The notes beneath the pieces are model-generated. The model saw nothing but the letters and a program-made list of their open reading frames with translations. It did no database searches and had not been told where the DNA came from. Of a DNA stretch of 33,697 nucleotides, positions 18,696-27,465 are shown one piece after another. The translations under genes were made by a program, and so were the position numbers. This DNA comes from Oceanococcus sp. (GTDB taxonomy: Bacteria > Pseudomonadota > Gammaproteobacteria > Nevskiales > Oceanococcaceae): contig JBFIIN010000001.1 in NCBI GenBank assembly GCA_041601225.1, positions 1 to 33,697 on the forward strand, read 5' to 3'. Each line of letters opens with the position of its first letter. Within the stretch, counting starts at the first letter, position 1.

Positions 18696-19529
18696 ATGGA
18701 GACAGCACTTGTCGGCTGCGGCGACATCGGCTTGCGGGTCGCCCAGCGGCTGCTGGCCGGCGGCACCAGCGTATTGGCGCTCAACCGGTCTGGCATAAGC
18801 TTAAGTCATCCGCGCCTACAGAGCCGGAGCCTTGATCTGGATCGGGCTCTGGCAGACGGTGCATGCTCGGGAAGGCGCGTTTTTTACAGCGCCCCACCGG
18901 CTCCGGAGGGTGGCTGTGACACACGCCTGCGGCGCTGGCTGGATGCGGCCGACGCTCCGGAGGTGATCGTTTACATCAGCACCAGCGGGGTCTACGGCGA
19001 TTGCGGTGGCGCGTGGGTTGATGAAACCCGGGCGCCGCAGCCCATAACGCCACGCGCGCTGCGGCGCCTGGATGCCGAGCAGCAGCTGCAGGCCTATTGT
19101 GAAAGCCACGGTATCCGTCTGGCGATCCTGCGCGCACCCGGCATTTATGGCCCGGGCCGGCTTCCGCGCGCGCGTTTGCTACGGGGCGAACCGGTGGTGC
19201 AGCTCGATCAGGCGCCCTGGAGCAACCGTATCCACGCGGACGACCTGGCCGCCGCGGCCTGCCTGGCGCTGGATAAGGGGCACGGCGTTTATAACGTGTC
19301 CGACGGAAATCCCAGCTCAATGAGCGATTACTTTCTGCGCTGCGCCGAGTTTCTGGGCTTGCCGGAACCACCGCAAATCGCGCTGGCCGACGCCGCCCGG
19401 CAGTTCAGCGCCGTACAACTCAGCTTCTTGCGGGAGTCGAGGCGCCTGGACATCAGCCGGATTCGCCAGGGCCTGGGGTTTCGGCCGCAATACCCGAATC
19501 TTGCGCACGGCCTGGCTCACTGTACCTAG
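18696..19529 (+). CDS. NAD(P)-binding SDR / epimerase-dehydratase family protein
   Basis: 277 aa from the ATG at 18696 (METALVGCGDIGLRVAQRLL). It has a Rossmann GxGxxG motif, plus YISTSGVYGD and RAPGIYGPGR as in atypical SDR epimerases. The upstream 208 codons of the track ORF are antisense to the reductase gene and are rejected. Confidence 0.8.
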   Translation: METALVGCGDIGLRVAQRLLAGGTSVLALNRSGISLSHPRLQSRSLDLDRALADGACSGRRVFYSAPPAPEGGCDTRLRRWLDAADAPEVIVYISTSGVYGDCGGAWVDETRAPQPITPRALRRLDAEQQLQAYCESHGIRLAILRAPGIYGPGRLPRARLLRGEPVVQLDQAPWSNRIHADDLAAAACLALDKGHGVYNVSDGNPSSMSDYFLRCAEFLGLPEPPQIALADAARQFSAVQLSFLRESRRLDISRIRQGLGFRPQYPNLAHGLAHCT

Positions 19530-19542
19530 TCCGCGTGGTGGT

Positions 19543-19552
19543 GACGAACGGT
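19543..19552 (-). promoter_or_regulatory. Candidate AlgR binding core (ACCGTTCGTC on the minus strand)
   Basis: GACGAACGGT at 19543-19552 is the reverse complement of ACCGTTCGTC. As I recall it, that is the core of AlgR sites RB1/RB2 at P. aeruginosa algD. A degenerate inverted partner ACCGTCGTTC lies at 19567-19576. The site is intergenic, upstream of the DUF1329 gene. Confidence 0.3.
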
Positions 19553-19815
19553 CAGCCAGAAGGACGACCGTCGTTCTCCAGCACCTCAACAACGGGGGTT
19601 ACTTGCTCGGAGGTCTGGAAATGACAGGCAAGCCAGGGGTCCTGTACTCGCCTTGACGCCTGACCGCCGGCATGAACTTACCCCGCCCGGCCTGCTTGCC
19701 GGACCCCTTTCCGGGTCTGACCCTGGGCCGCAACCGCCCTCGCACGCCGGATTGCGCTACTCTGATGCTGGAGAACATGAACGGCGGCGCAGACCGCCCT
19801 TTGGGGGAAGAACCT

Positions 19816-21183
19816 ATGAAGCAAGCGAGCTACCGGGCCAGTCTGGTCCTAATTTGCAGCCTAGTGACCTTTCCGGTCTACGCCGGGGTGAGTGACGAAG
19901 AGGCCGAAAAACTGGGTGCGGAACTCACTCCGCTGGGCGCTGAACGCGCGGGCAACGCCGCCGGAACGATTCCGGAATGGACCGGAGGATACAAAATGTC
20001 GCGCCCTCCGGCCCTTCGCAAGCGGCGCCACCCTGAAAGCTATCCGGGCATCGGGGATCAAGAGCCCCTGTTCGTCATCGATTCCAGCAACATGGACGAG
20101 CATCTCGAACATCTGTCGCCCAGCCACCAAACCATGCTCAAGCGTTTTCCGGGCAGCTACCGGATGCCGGTCTACCCCAGCAATCGCAGCGTCTATGCCC
20201 CGGACTACATCTACGCGGCCACCAAGGTCAACGCGACCCGCGCAAGTACCGCAAACTTCGGCGAATCCATATTGGGCGCAGCGGTCGGCGTCCCGTTTCC
20301 GATTCCCAACGACGGAAAGGAGGTCATCTGGAACCACAAGACTCGCTATCGCGGGCAGACCATCCGCCGTTACAACGTACAGCTTGCAGTCCAGACCAAT
20401 GGTGCCTTTACGCCCCACAAACTGCGCGAGGACGTGTTGTTCAGCTATGCGATGCCCAACGCAACGCCCGCCAGCCTGAACGGCGTAATGACCTATTTTC
20501 TGCAGGTCGCCCTGGCGCCGCCGCGCGCCGCGGGTCAGGTCTTGCTGGTTCACGAAACCATGGATCAGTGGAAAGATCCGCGCCGTGCCTGGCTATATAA
20601 CCCTGGGCAGCGGCGTGTCCGCCGCGCGCCCAACGTCGCCTATGACAACCCGGGCTCCGGCTCCGATGGCCTGCGCACCAATGACCAGCTCGACGTCTTC
20701 AATGGCGCGACCGATCGCTACAGCTGGAAGTTGATCGGCAAGAAAGAAATGTATGTGCCCTACAATGCTTACAAGCTCGTCGATGACCGGCTGGAGTACA
20801 GCGACATGGTCGGCGAACGCCATATCGACCAGAACCTGACCCGCTATGAAATGCATCGCGTCTGGGTCGTCGATTCGTTTCTGCGCGAAGGCACAACCCA
20901 CATCTACAAGCGCCGGACCTTCTACGTCGATGAAGATTCCTGGACGATCCTGGTGGTCGATATCTATGACAATCGGGATCAGCTGTGGCGAATTCAGGAA
21001 TACCATCAAATCGTGATTCCCTGGACTGATTCGGTCGGCCCGGCAGGTCACATCGTCTACGACCTGCAGTCGAACCGCTATCTGGCGATGGAAATTTCCA
21101 ACGAAGAGCCCTTGTTCGACGTGTATGACTTCGATGAGAAGTATTTCCGGACCTCGAACGTGCGCCGCGTCGCGCCGCGCTAA
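19816..21183 (+). CDS. DUF1329 domain-containing exported protein (LolA-like outer-membrane lipoprotein-sorting fold family)
   Basis: 455 aa from the ATG at 19816, with GGGGGAAG upstream. A signal peptide (ASLVLICSLVTFPVYAG) is followed by the typical DUF1329 start (EEAEKLGAELTPLGAERAGNAAGTIPEWTGGY). Confidence 0.8.
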   Translation: MKQASYRASLVLICSLVTFPVYAGVSDEEAEKLGAELTPLGAERAGNAAGTIPEWTGGYKMSRPPALRKRRHPESYPGIGDQEPLFVIDSSNMDEHLEHLSPSHQTMLKRFPGSYRMPVYPSNRSVYAPDYIYAATKVNATRASTANFGESILGAAVGVPFPIPNDGKEVIWNHKTRYRGQTIRRYNVQLAVQTNGAFTPHKLREDVLFSYAMPNATPASLNGVMTYFLQVALAPPRAAGQVLLVHETMDQWKDPRRAWLYNPGQRRVRRAPNVAYDNPGSGSDGLRTNDQLDVFNGATDRYSWKLIGKKEMYVPYNAYKLVDDRLEYSDMVGERHIDQNLTRYEMHRVWVVDSFLREGTTHIYKRRTFYVDEDSWTILVVDIYDNRDQLWRIQEYHQIVIPWTDSVGPAGHIVYDLQSNRYLAMEISNEEPLFDVYDFDEKYFRTSNVRRVAPR

Positions 21184-21201
21184 GCGCGGCAACGCCAGTA
21201 A

Positions 21202-21227
21202 CCGGCCCGGCGGTTGCGCCGGGCTGG
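21202..21227. terminator. GC-rich hairpin between the convergent DUF1329 and deacylase genes; candidate bidirectional terminator
   Basis: CCGGCCCGGCG (21202-21212), loop GTTG, CGCCGGGCTGG (21217-21227). This gives an 11-bp stem including one G-U pair. No U-tract follows on either strand. Confidence 0.4.
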
Positions 21228-21236
21228 CTGCTGGGT

Positions 21237-22274
21237 TCAGATGATCGCCGGCTCGTCGTAGGTGGAGTCCGGGCTTTCATCCACCGATTGCAGTCGCTCC
21301 CATTCCTCGGCAGCCACACCCGCACGTCGGGTGCGGGCGATGTGAAACACCGCTTCACCTTCGAATACCAAGGGCAGATTGAGCCGGCCTATGACCAGAC
21401 CGGCGACGGGCGCGCGAATCTCCATCTGGCCCTCGCCGTAGGTGTCCGCCACATAACCGAGCACCTGCTCGACTTCGACCTGCTGGCCCATGGCCACCAC
21501 GGTCCGCAGGATGCCGCTGCCCGATGCCCGGACCCATTGGCTGTTCCGGGCACTGACCGGGGTGCGCCGGGGTTTGCGGCTCCGAGATTTGGGCAACATC
21601 TCCAGGGCCCGCAGGACATTGACCACGCCGCTCAGGCCGATGCGGATGCAGGATTCATCAAAACGCAGGGCTTCCCCGGATTCATACAGCAGGAGCGGAA
21701 TATCGTTGGCGCTTGTGAACTCGCGCAGGGTGCCGGACGCGGGCTTGGAGTCCAGCATGAAGGGCGCACCAAATGCCGTGGCCAGTTCCAAAGTGCGCGG
21801 CTTGTCCAGATTGGCGCGGATCTGCGGCAAGTTCGAACGATGCCGCGCGCCGGTGTGCAGATCGATCCCGTAGTCCGCCTTGCGCACGATCTCTTCGATC
21901 AGTTTATGTGCGATGCGGGCGGCCAGGGACCCACTTTCACGCCCTGGGAAGCTGCGATTGAGATCACGCCCATCCGGCAGATAGCGTGAGCGATTGATAA
22001 AACCGTGCACATTGACGATCGGAACCGCGATCAGCGTGCCCCGCAGACGCTTCAGTACGGGCAGGCGCAACAGGCGCCGGATAATCTCCACGCCGTTGAG
22101 TTCATCGCCATGAATTGCCGCGCTGACGAATACGCAGGGGCCGGGCTTGCGCCCGGCGATTACCCGCACGGGCATGGTCAGCGAGGTGTGGGTATACAGA
22201 TCGGCCAGGGGCAGATCGATACTTTTCTGATCGCCCGGCGCAATGTCCACACCGCCGATGTTGAGTAGACTCAT
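21237..22274 (-). CDS. Succinylglutamate desuccinylase/aspartoacylase (AstE/AspA) family zinc deacylase
   Basis: 345 aa. The zinc-site region is VFVSAAIHGDELNGVEIIRRL, with DLNRSFPG and DLHTG motifs. The architecture is that of the AstE/AspA-like proteins that usually accompany rimK. Confidence 0.8.
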   Translation of the reverse strand: MSLLNIGGVDIAPGDQKSIDLPLADLYTHTSLTMPVRVIAGRKPGPCVFVSAAIHGDELNGVEIIRRLLRLPVLKRLRGTLIAVPIVNVHGFINRSRYLPDGRDLNRSFPGRESGSLAARIAHKLIEEIVRKADYGIDLHTGARHRSNLPQIRANLDKPRTLELATAFGAPFMLDSKPASGTLREFTSANDIPLLLYESGEALRFDESCIRIGLSGVVNVLRALEMLPKSRSRKPRRTPVSARNSQWVRASGSGILRTVVAMGQQVEVEQVLGYVADTYGEGQMEIRAPVAGLVIGRLNLPLVFEGEAVFHIARTRRAGVAAEEWERLQSVDESPDSTYDEPAII

Positions 22275-22308
22275 TGCTGAACACGCCTGCTTCGTAGCTT
22301 TACGGACC

Positions 22309-22773
22309 TCATTCTGCCTTAACCTGCGTTGGGCGGCCGGTCAGATATGAAGCGGCCGGCACCACCACGATGCGTTCTTGCATCGCGGTTCGACCGAGCA
22401 ACATGCGAAAGCGCATCGTATCGCGATCAGTCAGGGTGAGTTCCACCGGCCAGGATTCCGCGCCGAGATCCAGACGCGTGCAGATGACCGGCCGTTGGTC
22501 GCGATGTCCGCCCGAGTCCGTCACCCAGCGCACATCCACCAGTTCCGCTTCGCAGTGGCACACCACATCAGCATCGCGTTGCAGGGGATGCACGCCAAAG
22601 CGCACCCAATCGGTGCCGCGACGCCGAAAGCGCTCGACGTAGAAGGCATGCAGGGCCGAGGTCCGCGCGCCGGTATCCACCTTGGCCTTGATGATCTCGA
22701 TTCCCAGGTCTGGCAGGGCCAGCCACTCGCGCCAGCCCACCGCCCGCAACTGATTGAGATCCTTGGTGCTCAC
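22309..22773 (-). CDS. Retropepsin-like aspartic protease (DUF785, annotated ATP-dependent zinc protease; RimB-like)
   Basis: 154 aa. It shows [29 protein letters not shown], with the DTGA aspartyl-protease motif. The size is typical for this family. Confidence 0.75.
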   Translation of the reverse strand: MSTKDLNQLRAVGWREWLALPDLGIEIIKAKVDTGARTSALHAFYVERFRRRGTDWVRFGVHPLQRDADVVCHCEAELVDVRWVTDSGGHRDQRPVICTRLDLGAESWPVELTLTDRDTMRFRMLLGRTAMQERIVVVPAASYLTGRPTQVKAE

Positions 22774-22819
22774 CGAAATTTCCTATACTGAGCCATTGCG
22801 CAGTTAATCGGAGGACGAC

Positions 22820-23125
22820 ATGGCAAAAGAATTTCAGTCATTTGAGGATTTTTACCCGTATTATCTCAGCGAGCATAGCGACCCGACCTGCCGTCGCCTA
22901 CATTTTGTCGGCTCCATCGCCGCACTGGTCTGCCTCGCGGCCGCCCTGGTGACCCTCAAGCCGGGCTTTGTACTGCTGGGTTTGCTGCTGGGCTACGGCA
23001 TGGCCTGGATTGGCCATTTTTTCTTCGAGAACAACAAGCCCGCGACTTTCCAGTACCCGTGGATGAGCTTCAAGGGCGACTGGGTCATGTTCCGCGACAT
23101 GCTGACCGGCAAAATCAAATTTTGA
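22820..23125 (+). CDS. DUF962 (Mpo1-like) small membrane protein
   Basis: 101 aa. It shows FQSFEDFYPYYLSEHSDPTCRRLHFVGS, two TM helices, and HFFFENNKPATFQYPWMSF. A GGAGGA RBS lies 6 nt upstream. Confidence 0.75.
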   Translation: MAKEFQSFEDFYPYYLSEHSDPTCRRLHFVGSIAALVCLAAALVTLKPGFVLLGLLLGYGMAWIGHFFFENNKPATFQYPWMSFKGDWVMFRDMLTGKIKF

Positions 23126-23161
23126 GCGCCCAGCCGCCACCCGTCTCCCGCTGCGCGTGAT

Positions 23162-24421
23162 TTGAAGAAGAAACTGGCGCTGGGCGCCGGCCTGCTGCTG
23201 GCGTTGCTGTTGACACCTCACCTGCTGGCCAGAAGGGCCGAATCGCTGCACCTGCAGGTCATTCAGCAAATCGAGGCGACCGGTTTTGCGCAGCTCGACC
23301 GCGACGAGTTCCAGCGCGGGTGGCTCAGTTCAAGGGCGGCGGGCGAAATGCGCCTGAACCTGGGCCGCTGCGCGCCCTGTCCTCGTCTGAGCTATACCGG
23401 TCGCCTGGAGCAGGCGCCCATTCCCACCCGGCGCGAGAGCGCATCGGCCTTGAGTTTCGCGGAGTATAGACTGGCTGTTTCCTGGCCCGGGCTCAGTCCC
23501 GCCCTGCCTGGGCTGGTGTTGCGGGCGAGCCGACCGCTGGCGGGGGTCACCACGGTCGATTTCACCCTCCCCGCCTCGCGTCACGCATTTCGCCCGCTGG
23601 CGGAAACCTACCAGATCGAGCAGGGTGGTCTGCGCGGCAGCCTGCGGGGCGGCAAGGTACAGACCACGGCCCCACTCTTGAGTTTCGGCCGCAAGGCCAA
23701 GCCCTGGCTGCGCGCTGAATCGATCACGCTGACCGCGAGTCGCGTGCCCGAGCTGGAGCTGACTGGCAGCGCCGCCAGTCTTGGCCTGCCTGAATTGCGC
23801 TGGCAGGGGCACGACATCGCCCTGCACTGGCGGCACAACGCCACGCCCCGGCAGCTCGATCTGGATATCCAGGTCACGGCGCGAGGCGGGCAACTCGGGG
23901 AACGCGAGCATGGTGCGACCGGCGCGACGGTGGCCGCGCAAGGCTTGAATCTGCCCGCCCTGCGCGCGCTTTGGCGGGACTCGCGCGGCTTGGCGAATCC
24001 GCGCCTGCCGCCCGGCCTGCGTGCGCTGGGCTGGATCAATCTGCAGCGCAATCACGGCCCGGCCTTCTTCGCGACAACCCCCGGGTTCAAGCTTCATAGC
24101 CAGGAATTTCCGGTCCCCGAGGGTTATGCGCGGGCCGATATTGAGCTGCAAGTCGTCGCGGGCCTGCGCCAGGCGCCGCTCACGCCGGACCAGTGGCGTC
24201 AGGCCATCCGGGCGGATGTCCTGGTCAGCGCTCCCGCCCCGCGCCTGCAAATCTGGCTGGATCTGGTGATGCCCACGGTCGCGCCGTTTCTCGGCCTGCC
24301 CACGGCATACCAGGATCTCAAGGAGCGCGGCTGGGTGCACACCTTAGCCGATGGGCGCGACCAGTTCGCCCTCAGGATCGACGCCGGCCAATTGCTCAAA
24401 CGACCGGATTCGGGTGCGTAA
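23162..24421 (+). CDS. DUF945/YdgA-like exported or membrane-anchored protein
   Basis: 419 aa with a TTG start. The N-terminal anchor is KKKLALGAGLLLALLLTP. FQRGWLSSRAAGEMRL resembles the YdgA YHRGVFSS region. The family call is from memory and is moderate. Confidence 0.5.
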   Translation: MKKKLALGAGLLLALLLTPHLLARRAESLHLQVIQQIEATGFAQLDRDEFQRGWLSSRAAGEMRLNLGRCAPCPRLSYTGRLEQAPIPTRRESASALSFAEYRLAVSWPGLSPALPGLVLRASRPLAGVTTVDFTLPASRHAFRPLAETYQIEQGGLRGSLRGGKVQTTAPLLSFGRKAKPWLRAESITLTASRVPELELTGSAASLGLPELRWQGHDIALHWRHNATPRQLDLDIQVTARGGQLGEREHGATGATVAAQGLNLPALRALWRDSRGLANPRLPPGLRALGWINLQRNHGPAFFATTPGFKLHSQEFPVPEGYARADIELQVVAGLRQAPLTPDQWRQAIRADVLVSAPAPRLQIWLDLVMPTVAPFLGLPTAYQDLKERGWVHTLADGRDQFALRIDAGQLLKRPDSGA

Positions 24422-24479
24422 TCCATGAGTTCGGCTCAATTGGCGTACAATTCGCGCCCATTTGCCTTTGACTTACTTT

Positions 24480-26372
24480 ATGGGCCCGGACTGCAAGTTC
24501 GACGTCATCGTGATCGGCGGCGGTCATGCCGGTACCGAAGCTGCACTGGCTGCAGCGCGGACGGGTGCACGCACCCTGTTGCTCACGCACAGCATCGAGA
24601 CACTGGGGCAGATGAGCTGCAATCCGGCCATAGGCGGTATTGGCAAGGGTCATCTGGTAAAGGAGATTGACGCACTGGGTGGCCTGATGGGGCGCGCGGC
24701 CGACGCGGCCGGCATTCAGTTCCGCCGACTCAACGCGCGCAAAGGCCCAGCCGTACGGGCTACCCGCGCGCAGGCCGACCGCTCCCTGTACCGGAGCTTC
24801 GTCAGGCAGAGTCTGGAGCAACAGAACAATCTGCAAATTTTTCAGCAAGCGGTCGACGATCTGCTGATCACCGGGGAGCGGGTCACCGGCGTAGTGACCC
24901 AGATGGGTCTGCGCTTCACCGCCCGATCAGTGGTCCTCACGGTGGGCACCTTTCTGGGCGGGCGGATTCATGTCGGACTGGAGAGCAGTGCCGGCGGACG
25001 GGCCGGCGAGCCGCCGTCCATCGCACTGGCGCACCGGCTACGCGAATTGCCGTTTCGCGTGGGCCGCCTCAAAACCGGCACTCCGCCGCGCATCGACGGC
25101 CGCAGCATCGACTACGCGAAACTCACCGAACAGCCGGGCGATGAGCCACGGCCGGTCTTTTCCTTCTTGGGCAGCGCGGCGGACCATCCCGCGCAGGTGT
25201 CTTGCCACATCACCTATACCAACGCACGGACCCACGAGATCATCCGCGACGGCCTGGATCGCTCGCCCATGTATTCGGGTGTTATCGAAGGAGTGGGTCC
25301 ACGTTATTGCCCCTCGGTGGAAGACAAGATCTTTCGTTTTGCGGACAAGGACCGGCATCAGATTTTCATCGAGCCTGAAGGTCTGCAGACCAAGGAGATT
25401 TACCCGAACGGGATATCAACCAGCCTGCCCTACGACGTACAACTGGAATTCGTGCGCTCGATTGCGGGTTTTGAGCGTGCCCATATCACGCGCCCGGGCT
25501 ACGCCATCGAATACGACTATTTCGATCCGCGCGATCTGCATTATTCGTTGGAAACCCGCTTCATCGAGAACCTTTATTTTGCCGGACAGATCAATGGCAC
25601 GACGGGCTACGAAGAAGCGGCCGCACAGGGTCTGCTGGCCGGTATCAATGCCGCGCGTCGTGCGCAGGACCTGGAATCCTGGTGGCCACAGCGCGACGAG
25701 GCCTATCTCGGCGTGCTGGTTGACGACCTGGTAGGACGAGGCGTGGCCGAGCCCTACCGCATGTTCACCAGCCGCGCCGAGTATCGCCTGCGTTTGCGCG
25801 AAGACAACGCGGATTTGCGTCTGACCCCCGCAGGACGGGAGCTTGGGGTGGTGGATGACGCGCGCTGGGTTCGCTTCGCGGCCAAACGCGAAGCGGTGGC
25901 CTCCGAACTCGCGCGGCTCAAGGCGACCTGTGTGCAGGCCAGCGACGCGCCCGCGGATCTCGCCGAGGATCTGTTCGGTGAGGCGCTGACCCACGAGTAC
26001 ATGGCCTTCGATCTGCTGCGCCGGCCCGGCGTGGACTACGCCGGCCTGCATCGCATTGCCAAGCTGGGCAGCGGCCATGCCGATCCCCTGGTCCGCGAAC
26101 AAGTGGATATCGAAGCCACCTATGCCGGCTACATAGAGCGCCAGCAGGCGGACATAGACCGGGACCGGAAACTTGAGCATGCCATCTTGCCGGTCGACCT
26201 GGACTACGCGCGGGTGGCGGGTCTCTCCAACGAGGTTCGGCAGAAGCTGGCGCAAGCGCGCCCGGGCACGGTCGGTCAGGCTGCGCGCCTCGAAGGCCTG
26301 ACGCCGGCAGCCATTTCGGTGCTGCTGGTGCATTTGCGACGCACGGGCATGAAGATGCAGAAAGTCGGCTAA
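24480..26372 (+). CDS. mnmG: tRNA uridine-5-carboxymethylaminomethyl(34) synthesis enzyme MnmG (GidA)
   Basis: 630 aa from the ATG at 24480. It has the FAD motif [21 protein letters not shown], plus [34 protein letters not shown]-like ([11 protein letters not shown]) and TSRAEYRL. Confidence 0.93.
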   Translation: MGPDCKFDVIVIGGGHAGTEAALAAARTGARTLLLTHSIETLGQMSCNPAIGGIGKGHLVKEIDALGGLMGRAADAAGIQFRRLNARKGPAVRATRAQADRSLYRSFVRQSLEQQNNLQIFQQAVDDLLITGERVTGVVTQMGLRFTARSVVLTVGTFLGGRIHVGLESSAGGRAGEPPSIALAHRLRELPFRVGRLKTGTPPRIDGRSIDYAKLTEQPGDEPRPVFSFLGSAADHPAQVSCHITYTNARTHEIIRDGLDRSPMYSGVIEGVGPRYCPSVEDKIFRFADKDRHQIFIEPEGLQTKEIYPNGISTSLPYDVQLEFVRSIAGFERAHITRPGYAIEYDYFDPRDLHYSLETRFIENLYFAGQINGTTGYEEAAAQGLLAGINAARRAQDLESWWPQRDEAYLGVLVDDLVGRGVAEPYRMFTSRAEYRLRLREDNADLRLTPAGRELGVVDDARWVRFAAKREAVASELARLKATCVQASDAPADLAEDLFGEALTHEYMAFDLLRRPGVDYAGLHRIAKLGSGHADPLVREQVDIEATYAGYIERQQADIDRDRKLEHAILPVDLDYARVAGLSNEVRQKLAQARPGTVGQAARLEGLTPAAISVLLVHLRRTGMKMQKVG

Positions 26373-26530
26373 GCGACGCATGCTTGGCGCAGCCGCCCGA
26401 CCTGGCGCGTCGCACGGTAGCGAAACCGGCGCCGTGCAGCGGCCTGCGGAGATCGCCGAACGCCGTATGGCGACTCGCACACACGGCCATGCCGGGCCAT
26501 GATCCAGGGTTTGGGGTTGGCGCGCGCCAC

Positions 26531-27358
26531 ATGAAACTGAAAGCCAAGAATCTGATTCTGGACCTGCTGCTAGCGGCGCGCGATCTGCCGCTCACGGCAC
26601 GTGATGCGGTTGCCGCTTGCGGTCTGTTCGGCATCCGCGAAAACAATGTGCGGGTCTGCCTGGCGCGTTTGTCCGCGGAGGGTCTGATTGAGGCTGCCAG
26701 CCGCGGCCATTACCGCCTCAGCCCCAAGGCCCTGCGCCTGGGCGATGAGGTCGCGCACTGGCGCAGCGCGGAAGATCGCCTGCGGGCATGGCAGGGCGAT
26801 TTTGTTGCGGTGCGGGCCGTGCGCCCCGACCGCAATGATCGCAGCGCACTGCGCAGCCAGTTTCGGGCGCTGGAGATCATGGGCTTTGGAGCCCTGTACA
26901 AGGATTTTTATCTGCGCCCCAATAACATCGAGAGCGAGCTTGCCGCGGTCCGGGAGCACCTGTACGCCCTGGGGCTGCACCCGGAAAGTCTGATCTTTGG
27001 AGCCGGTGATTTTGCGCCGCGCATGCAACAGCGGATCGCCGAGCTCTGGGATACGGCAGCCCTGAATCGCCGCTATCGCGAGCAGCGCGCCCGGCTTGAG
27101 GCATGGCTAGATCGCCACGCGGACCTGGAACCCGAGGTCGCAGCCCGTGAGTCTTTTTTGCTTGGTAACGAGGCCGTGCGCCAGATTGTTTTCGATCCGC
27201 TGCTGCCGGATGACTGGATTGATGTTCACGCGCGCCATGACTTCTTTGCAGCCATGCGGCGCTTTGACGACGTCGGCCACGCGATCTGGCGCGGCCTGTT
27301 CGCGAGCTCCGGGGGGATGCCAGCGACCGCAGCGCGCGGCGTGCGGGCGACCCACTAA
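26531..27358 (+). CDS. PaaX-family transcriptional regulator
   Basis: 275 aa from the ATG at 26531. The N-terminal winged helix is NLILDLLLAA...ARDAVAACGLFGIRENNVRVCLARLSAEGLIE. A PaaX-like C-terminal domain follows (FYLRPNN...LWD...YREQRARLEAW). Confidence 0.7.
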   Translation: MKLKAKNLILDLLLAARDLPLTARDAVAACGLFGIRENNVRVCLARLSAEGLIEAASRGHYRLSPKALRLGDEVAHWRSAEDRLRAWQGDFVAVRAVRPDRNDRSALRSQFRALEIMGFGALYKDFYLRPNNIESELAAVREHLYALGLHPESLIFGAGDFAPRMQQRIAELWDTAALNRRYREQRARLEAWLDRHADLEPEVAARESFLLGNEAVRQIVFDPLLPDDWIDVHARHDFFAAMRRFDDVGHAIWRGLFASSGGMPATAARGVRATH

Positions 27359-27382
27359 GACGCCAGACTCATTGTTACGTTT

Positions 27383-27411
27383 TTGACTTTTTCTGCGGGA
27401 AATATTAATAA
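27383..27411 (+). promoter_or_regulatory. Candidate sigma70-type promoter in the AT-rich spacer upstream of the desaturase gene
   Basis: TTGACT (27383-27388), then 17 nt, then TAATAA (27406-27411). The 8-bp palindrome TATTAATA overlaps it at 27403-27410. This stretch is locally the most AT-rich in the window. The -10 match is weak. Confidence 0.3.
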
Positions 27412-27465
27412 ACAGTCTGTGGAAGCGACTTTTCGGTCGCCACCTGCAAGTTTCGGAGTTACCGC

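Noticed and set aside
26338-26346. GACGCACGG (reverse complement CCGTGCGTC), an AlgR-like 9-mer
   Set aside because: It lies inside the mnmG coding sequence near its 3' end and has no partner site. This is most likely chance in a GC-rich CDS.
26373-26413. 7-bp inverted repeat GCGACGC / GCGTCGC just after the mnmG stop, considered as a terminator
   Set aside because: The 27-nt loop, the short stem and the absence of a U-tract make this unconvincing as an intrinsic terminator.
23330-26480. Long minus-strand ORFs (23330-24340, 336 aa; 25416-26480, 354 aa) antisense to the DUF945-like gene and mnmG
   Set aside because: These have Arg/Gly/Ala/Pro-rich shadow-frame composition. The mnmG strand assignment is unambiguous. 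There are no motifs or plausible starts with an RBS.
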